Assembly: GCA_963621995.1 (NCBI GenBank)
Contig: CAVFFZ010000003.1
Span: 12,329-76,328, forward strand
Source: Lachnospiraceae bacterium
GTDB lineage: Bacteria > Bacillota > Clostridia > TANB77 > CAG-508
Direction of reading: 5' to 3'
Length of the DNA: 64,000 nucleotides
A model generated the notes under the pieces. It was not told where the DNA came from, did not search any database, and saw only the letters and a list, made by a program, of their open reading frames with translations. Both the position numbers and the translations under genes were made by a program. Positions 58,077 through 64,000 of the stretch are shown here, in pieces (the first letter of the stretch is position 1; each line of letters begins with the position of its first letter).

Positions 58077-59276
58077 ATGGCAAAGGAAAAATTTGAAAGA
58101 ACTAAACCACACGTTAACATTGGTACAATCGGACATGTTGACCACGGTAAAACAACAACAACAGCAGCTATTACTAAATATTTAGGATTATTAGGAAAAG
58201 CTAAATTTGAAGCTTATGATGCAATTGATAGTGCACCAGAAGAAAAAGAAAGAGGAATTACAATCAATACAGCTCACGTAGAGTATGAAACAGATGCAAG
58301 ACACTATGCACACGTTGACTGCCCAGGCCATGCTGACTATGTTAAAAACATGATTACAGGTGCTGCACAAATGGACGGAGCAATCTTAGTTGTTTCTGCA
58401 GCTGATGGACCAATGCCTCAAACAAGAGAGCACATTTTGTTAGCAAGACAAGTTGGTGTTAAATATATCGTTGTTTATTTAAATAAATGCGATATGGTTG
58501 ATGATCCAGAATTATTAGAATTAGTTGAAATGGAAGTTAGAGATCTATTAACAGAATATGGTTTCCCAGGAGACGAGATTCCAATCGTAAAAGGATCTTC
58601 ATTAAGAGTTCTAGAATCTACATCAACAGATCCAAACGCACCAGAATATCAATGCATGAAAGAATTAATGGATGCAGTTGATAGCTATATCCCAACACCA
58701 GAAAGACCAATCGACCAACCATTCTTAATGCCAGTAGAAGACGTATTCACAATTACAGGACGTGGAACAGTTGCTACAGGTAGAGTAGAAAGAGGAGTTG
58801 TAAAAATCCAAGACGAAGTTGAAATCGTTGGTATTAAACCAATTAACAAGAGCGTTGTAACAGGTGTTGAAATGTTCAGAAAATTATTAGATCAAGCAGA
58901 AGCTGGAGATAATATTGGTGTATTATTAAGAGGTATTGATAGAAAAGACATCGAAAGAGGTCAAGTTTTAGCAAAACCAGGAACAATACATCCACATACA
59001 AAATTCACATCTCAAGTATACGTTTTAACTAAAGAAGAAGGTGGACGTCATACACCATTCTTTAACGGATACAGACCACAATTCTATTTCAGAACAACAG
59101 ACGTTACAGGTGTTATTAATTTACCTGCTGGAACAGAAATGGTTATGCCAGGTGATAACGTAGATATGGAAATCGAATTAATTACTCCAATCGCTATCGA
59201 AAAAGGACTAAGATTCGCTATCCGTGAAGGTGGTAGAACAGTTGGTTCAGGTGTTGTAGCTGAAATTAAAGAATAA
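58077..59276 (+). CDS. tuf: Elongation factor Tu
   Basis: [17 protein letters not shown] and NKCD motifs; full-length at 399 aa. Confidence 0.98.
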   Translation: MAKEKFERTKPHVNIGTIGHVDHGKTTTTAAITKYLGLLGKAKFEAYDAIDSAPEEKERGITINTAHVEYETDARHYAHVDCPGHADYVKNMITGAAQMDGAILVVSAADGPMPQTREHILLARQVGVKYIVVYLNKCDMVDDPELLELVEMEVRDLLTEYGFPGDEIPIVKGSSLRVLESTSTDPNAPEYQCMKELMDAVDSYIPTPERPIDQPFLMPVEDVFTITGRGTVATGRVERGVVKIQDEVEIVGIKPINKSVVTGVEMFRKLLDQAEAGDNIGVLLRGIDRKDIERGQVLAKPGTIHPHTKFTSQVYVLTKEEGGRHTPFFNGYRPQFYFRTTDVTGVINLPAGTEMVMPGDNVDMEIELITPIAIEKGLRFAIREGGRTVGSGVVAEIKE

Positions 59277-59287
59277 TTAATATAGTA

Positions 59288-59327
59288 ATAGCAAGGGTTT
59301 GAAATATAGCCACTTGCTATTTTTTTG
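59288..59327 (+). terminator. tuf terminator
   Basis: ATAGCAAG...CTTGCTAT stem followed by T7. Confidence 0.7.
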
Positions 59328-59387
59328 ACTATTTAACGCCTTTTTAACTATTTAATTTTAAATATTAATATATCTAAAAATATTCTA

Positions 59388-59416
59388 TTGCATTGCAAAA
59401 AAACAAATGATATAAT
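59388..59416 (+). promoter_or_regulatory. Candidate promoter of the 59449 gene
   Basis: TTGCAT-17 nt-TATAAT. Confidence 0.55.
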
Positions 59417-59448
59417 AAAACAAGAAAGAGTAAAAGTAGGTGTTACAT

Positions 59449-60303
59449 ATGAAAAAAAGAAATATATTATATATTGCAATTGCAGCAATATGTGTTATTG
59501 CAATTATAGTTGGTGTGTATGCACAAGTATTTGGAGATAAACCAAAACAAAATACAATTAAAAATGAAATAGTAAATACAGGTGATGATGATACAGCAAC
59601 TGATCCCGAAGTGCTAAAACAAGAATTTAATTCTTTATTTAATAATTCTTTTAATGACCAAGGTTATGACAAAACATCAATAAAAAAATTAGCTGGATAT
59701 GAAGGACAAGATGTAATATATGCAGTGTATAGAATAAAAGAAGAAAAAGATGAAAAATATAGTGTTAATATAAACATTCCAGTTTTCAATGTGGATGGTG
59801 AAGTGGCTTCAGAGTTTAATGCTACAACGCAATCTATATTTGCTAATAAAGCAGGAAATGTTTTATCAAATAGTCAAAGTTATACAATATATGATGTTGA
59901 ATATGTAGGATACTTAAATGAAAATATTTTATCATTAGTAATTAAATCAACATTAAAAGAAGGAAATAACCCCCAAAGAATTATTGTACAAACATATAAC
60001 TATGATATCACAACAGGTAAAAAGTTAACATTGAATGAAGTCTTAGAAGCAAAAGGAATTAGTGAAAAAGAAGTAAACAAAAAAATAGAACTTCAAGTAA
60101 CAGAAGCCAACAAAAATGCAGAAGCATTATCAGAAGCATTAGCTAGTGCAGGGCAAACAGTATATAAGAGAGATGTAAATAATGCAATGTATGTTACAGA
60201 TAACGTAAATCATTTCTTTGTAGGATTAGATGGACAAATATATATTGTTTATCCATATGGAAATTCAAACTTTACATCAGAAATGGATATAATAAAAGTA
60301 TAA
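59449..60303 (+). CDS. Membrane-anchored hypothetical protein (possibly DUF4163/DUF3298, RsiV-like fold)
   Basis: N-terminal TM helix and an extracytoplasmic domain ending in a ...FFVGLDGQIYIVYPYG...-type segment. The family assignment is from memory only. Confidence 0.4.
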   Translation: MKKRNILYIAIAAICVIAIIVGVYAQVFGDKPKQNTIKNEIVNTGDDDTATDPEVLKQEFNSLFNNSFNDQGYDKTSIKKLAGYEGQDVIYAVYRIKEEKDEKYSVNINIPVFNVDGEVASEFNATTQSIFANKAGNVLSNSQSYTIYDVEYVGYLNENILSLVIKSTLKEGNNPQRIIVQTYNYDITTGKKLTLNEVLEAKGISEKEVNKKIELQVTEANKNAEALSEALASAGQTVYKRDVNNAMYVTDNVNHFFVGLDGQIYIVYPYGNSNFTSEMDIIKV

Positions 60304-60368
60304 AATTAATATGTGTGCCAATAGAAAAGCTTTTGGCACACAATTTGTAATAGCAAAGGATGTTAAAA

Positions 60369-62330
60369 ATGCCAAAAAAATTATTGATTACAGAAAAGCC
60401 ATCTGTGGCTATGGAATTTTCAAAAGCATTAAAAATAAATGCAACAAGAAAAGATGGATATTTAGAATCAGCAGAATGGATTATAACATGGTGTGTAGGT
60501 CACTTAGTTACAATGTCATATCCTGAAAAATACGATGAAAATTTAAAAGTTTGGAGACTAGATACACTTCCATTTATTCCAAAAGAGTGGAAATATGAAG
60601 TTATAAAAAATGTAGAGAAACAATTTAATATAGTAAAATCACTATTACAAAGGCAAGATGTAGAAGAAATTTATAATGCAGGAGACTCTGGACGTGAAGG
60701 AGAATATATACAAAGATTAGTATTTATGATGGCAAAACCAAATCCAAATGTAAAAATTAAAAGAGTTTGGATAGATTCGCAAACAGAGGAAGAAATTTTA
60801 AGAGGAATAAAAGAAGCAAAAGACCAGTCAGAATATGATAGCTTATCAGATTCAGCATATTTAAGAGCAAAGGAAGATTATTTAATAGGTATTAACTTTT
60901 CAAGGTTGCTTTCTATAATATATGGAAGAAGAGTTGCAAAAGAAATAGAGGAAGAAAGAGCTTCTATTTCTGTTGGTCGTGTAATGACATGTGTTTTAGG
61001 AATGGTAGTATCAAGAGAAAGAGAAATTAGAAACTTTGTAAAAACACCATTTTATAAAATTGTAGGAAACTTTGGAGAAGAAGAAGCAAACTTCAATGCC
61101 GAGTGGAAAGTAAACGAAAAGTCTAAAATGTTTGAATCTTCAAAACTATATAATGATTCAGGGTTCAAAAAAATAGAAGATGCAAAAGAATTCATAGTAA
61201 GTTTAAAAGACAAAAAAGCAGTTGTAGAAGAAATCAAAAAGCAAAAACAAAAAGAAAAGGCACCATTATTATTTAATTTAGCAGAAGTACAAAATGAATG
61301 TACAAAACGTTTTAAAATAAAACCAGATGAAACATTAGAAATAATACAAAATTTATATGAGCAAAAATTAGTTACATATCCAAGAACAGATGCTAGAGTT
61401 ATATCTACAGCAGTTGCAAAAGTTATTTCTAAAAACTTAAATGGTTTAGCAAAAGGATTTAAAGACGAAGAAGTGCAAGGATACTTAAAGCAAATGGCAG
61501 AAGAAAAATATTCTACAGATTTAGTAAAAACAAAGTATGTAAATGATAGCAAAATAACAGACCATTATGCAATAATTCCAACAGGACAAGGTTTTGAAAA
61601 TTACGATAAATTGAAAGATTTACACAAAGAAGTATATAAACTAATAGTAAAAAGATTTTTAGCAATATTTTACCCAGAAGCAGAGTTTAACAAAATATCT
61701 GTAACAATAAAAGTAGAAGAAGAAAAATTTAGTGCAAATGGAAAAGTTTGTACAAAAACAGGATATTTAGATGTGTTAAAACCAAAAAACAAAGAAAAGA
61801 AATCCACAAACGAAGAAGAAAATGTGGAAAACAAGCAGGAAGATGAAAAAGAAGAAGCAAATAATTTAGACATTTTAAACAATTTAAAAAAAGGTCAAGA
61901 AATAAATGTTATAAATTATGAAACTAAAGAATCTGAAACAAATCCTCCAACAAGATATAATTCAGGTTCAATGATATTAGCAATGGAAAATGCAGGAAAA
62001 TTAATAGAAGATGAGGAATTAAGAGAGCAAATAAAAGGTGCAGGAATAGGAACAAGTGCAACAAGAGCAGAAATTATAAAAAAACTAGAAAAAATAGCAT
62101 ATATACAAATAAATAATAAAACTCAAATAATAACTCCAACAAAAAAAGGAGAAGTAATTTATGATGTTGTACTATCTTCTATGCCAGACATGTTAAATCC
62201 AAAACTGACAGCCAGTTGGGAAAAGGGGCTAGACATGGTAGCAAAAAAAGAAATAGGTTCACAGGAATTTATGCAAAAATTGGAGGCATATATAAATGGA
62301 AAATTTGATAAACTTGTTGTGAAATACTAG
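60369..62330 (+). CDS. topB: DNA topoisomerase III
   Basis: LLITEKPSVA Toprim start, DSGREGE, active-site region LVTYPRTDAR, and no zinc-ribbon tail. The start could be 60360 or 60369. Confidence 0.85.
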   Translation: MPKKLLITEKPSVAMEFSKALKINATRKDGYLESAEWIITWCVGHLVTMSYPEKYDENLKVWRLDTLPFIPKEWKYEVIKNVEKQFNIVKSLLQRQDVEEIYNAGDSGREGEYIQRLVFMMAKPNPNVKIKRVWIDSQTEEEILRGIKEAKDQSEYDSLSDSAYLRAKEDYLIGINFSRLLSIIYGRRVAKEIEEERASISVGRVMTCVLGMVVSREREIRNFVKTPFYKIVGNFGEEEANFNAEWKVNEKSKMFESSKLYNDSGFKKIEDAKEFIVSLKDKKAVVEEIKKQKQKEKAPLLFNLAEVQNECTKRFKIKPDETLEIIQNLYEQKLVTYPRTDARVISTAVAKVISKNLNGLAKGFKDEEVQGYLKQMAEEKYSTDLVKTKYVNDSKITDHYAIIPTGQGFENYDKLKDLHKEVYKLIVKRFLAIFYPEAEFNKISVTIKVEEEKFSANGKVCTKTGYLDVLKPKNKEKKSTNEEENVENKQEDEKEEANNLDILNNLKKGQEINVINYETKESETNPPTRYNSGSMILAMENAGKLIEDEELREQIKGAGIGTSATRAEIIKKLEKIAYIQINNKTQIITPTKKGEVIYDVVLSSMPDMLNPKLTASWEKGLDMVAKKEIGSQEFMQKLEAYINGKFDKLVVKY

Positions 62331-62496
62331 CACCAATTATTATGCCCAAAATTGAGAAAAGAGTATAATTAGGGATTGGCCTTAAATTAAAAGAATTATA
62401 TAATTAATATAAAATATCCTTATTTATGAAGAAATATATATGTAGAAAAAGTTAAAAAAGAATTATTAAATAGAAAAAGTTAGGTGGTGTTGTAAA

Positions 62497-63333
62497 ATGA
62501 AGTTAGGTTTAGCGTTAGCAGGTGGAGGAGTAAAAGGTGCTGCACATATAGGTGCAATAAAGGCATTAGAAGAAAATGGAATAAAAATAGATGCAGTAGC
62601 AGGAACAAGTATAGGAAGTATTGTATCAAGTTTATATGCAATGGGGTATTCAACAGAAAAGATGTTAGAAATATTTAAATATTTCTCAAAGGGAATAATG
62701 AAGGCGGACGCAAGGTATTTTGCAGGCAACCTAAAAAACTCAAAAAGGTTATTAGGTGAAGGTTTACTTTCAGGTGAAAATATAGAAATAGCAATAGATG
62801 AATGTGCTAAAGAAAAAGAATATAAAAACATAAAAGATATAGAAATGCCAATAGCCATACCTACAGTAGACATAGTAGAATGTAAAAAATATGTATTTAC
62901 CAATAAAGATATAGAAGGGGACTATTACATAAAAGATGCATTAATTAGTAAAGCAACTAGAGCAAGTAGTAGTTACCCAGGAGTGTTTGCACCATGTAAG
63001 TATAAAGGGCATAAATTTGTAGATGGGGGAATATTAGATAATGTACCTGCTGATGAAGTAAAAAAACTGGGGGTAGATAAAGTGTTAACATTAAAATTTG
63101 CAACAGCTCTAAATTATGATCCAAAAAATATATATGAAATAGCATTTAAATCTATAGATTTATTATTTGAGGCAAGAAGTCAAGAGGCATTACATGCAAG
63201 TGATTTGGTAGTAGATTTAGATGTATCAGAAGCAAGTGTATTTGATGTGAAGAAAATAGATTATTGCTATAATGCAGGATATATAACAATGCTAACTAAA
63301 ATAAATGAAGTTAAAAGAATGCTAAATGAATAG
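62497..63333 (+). CDS. Patatin-like phospholipase
   Basis: GGGVKGAAHIG oxyanion motif, the GTSIGS nucleophile elbow, and DGG near the C-terminal part. Confidence 0.85.
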   Translation: MKLGLALAGGGVKGAAHIGAIKALEENGIKIDAVAGTSIGSIVSSLYAMGYSTEKMLEIFKYFSKGIMKADARYFAGNLKNSKRLLGEGLLSGENIEIAIDECAKEKEYKNIKDIEMPIAIPTVDIVECKKYVFTNKDIEGDYYIKDALISKATRASSSYPGVFAPCKYKGHKFVDGGILDNVPADEVKKLGVDKVLTLKFATALNYDPKNIYEIAFKSIDLLFEARSQEALHASDLVVDLDVSEASVFDVKKIDYCYNAGYITMLTKINEVKRMLNE

Positions 63334-63381
63334 TTTTAGTAAAATAAGAATTTAGTTAATATGAAAGAGGAAAATACATAA

Positions 63382-63957
63382 ATGGAAAACATAGAGAAAA
63401 TAAAAGAAGATTTAAAACAAGTATTAAGTGAAAAAAGATATATTCATTCAATAGGCACAATGGAAAAAGCAATAGAACTTGCAAAAAAATATGGAGAAGA
63501 TGAAGAAAAATCAGCATTAACAGCACTTACACATGATATTGCGAAAGAAATGACAGTAGATGAATATTATAAATATGCAGAAGAAAATAATATAGAATTA
63601 AGTAAAGATGATAAAATGTGCACAAGTGTGTTACATGGAATAATAGGAGCAAACATAGTAAAGAAAAAATATGGATTTACAGATGAAATGTGTAAAGCAA
63701 TATATTATCATACTACAGGAATTACAAATATGACTTTACTAGGAAAAATGGTATATGTAGCTGATAAAATAGAAGATAGCAGAGATTACCCAGAAGCAGA
63801 AACTTTAAGAGAAAAATTCAAGCAGTGTGAAAGTTTAGATGAATTTATATTATACGATATAGATTACTATACTTTACCAAAAATGATTGAAAAAAAGAAA
63901 GTTATTCATCCAAATACAATAAATGTAAGAAATGAAATAATTGAAAAAATGAAATAA
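63382..63957 (+). CDS. yqeK: HD-domain bis(5'-nucleosyl)-tetraphosphatase YqeK
   Basis: HSIGT...LTHDIAK...YHTTG...ADKIE pattern; 191 aa. Confidence 0.8.
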   Translation: MENIEKIKEDLKQVLSEKRYIHSIGTMEKAIELAKKYGEDEEKSALTALTHDIAKEMTVDEYYKYAEENNIELSKDDKMCTSVLHGIIGANIVKKKYGFTDEMCKAIYYHTTGITNMTLLGKMVYVADKIEDSRDYPEAETLREKFKQCESLDEFILYDIDYYTLPKMIEKKKVIHPNTINVRNEIIEKMK

Positions 63958-64000
63958 TAAATAATTAAATATTAACAAAACAGACATTTATAACATAAAA

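Overview
Visibly AT-rich (by eye well under 35% G+C) chromosomal segment of an endospore-forming Firmicute, Clostridia-like. I did not attempt a species call. It is almost entirely core housekeeping genes: 44 supported CDS, 41 of them on the + strand. Gene order: spoIIE, WG-repeat protein, acpS, tatD, yabE-like G5/3D protein, xth, a COG2426-like membrane protein (-), a TIM44-like plus SPFH/zinc-ribbon pair, rpoB-rpoC, mtaD-like deaminase, gdpP-rplI-dnaB, tilS, ftsH, a class B PBP (-), rsmA, sortase, a dcw cluster (mraZ-rsmH-ftsL-PBP-murE-mraY-ftsW/spoVE-murG), topA, an ABC ATPase plus large permease, a SWIM/SNF2 helicase, trmFO, a K/E-rich coiled-coil protein, rpsL-rpsG-fusA-tuf, a membrane-anchored hypothetical, topB, a patatin-like lipase and yqeK. 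I found no rRNA, tRNA, CRISPR array, transposase or phage genes. The unusual content is non-coding. (1) A compact locus at 51083-51341 has the architecture of a par/Fst-like type I toxin-antitoxin: a 21-aa hydrophobic peptide gene, a convergent ~70-nt RNA, a shared bidirectional terminator, and a 27-nt direct repeat that gives antisense pairing over the start codon. (2) Several families of intergenic palindromic or repeat elements recur, including a ~135-145-bp element present after two different genes and perfect 29-bp and 38-bp inverted repeats inside the dcw operon. (3) Ten phased ~22-bp degenerate tandem repeats fill an unusually long mraZ-rsmH spacer. (4) A ~90-nt leader sequence is duplicated in front of both rpsG and fusA. 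(5) Classical Firmicute synteny is broken: rpoBC is uncoupled from the str operon, and topA-trmFO is interrupted by a ~7-kb insert. All functional calls rest on motif recognition by eye. No database search was run.
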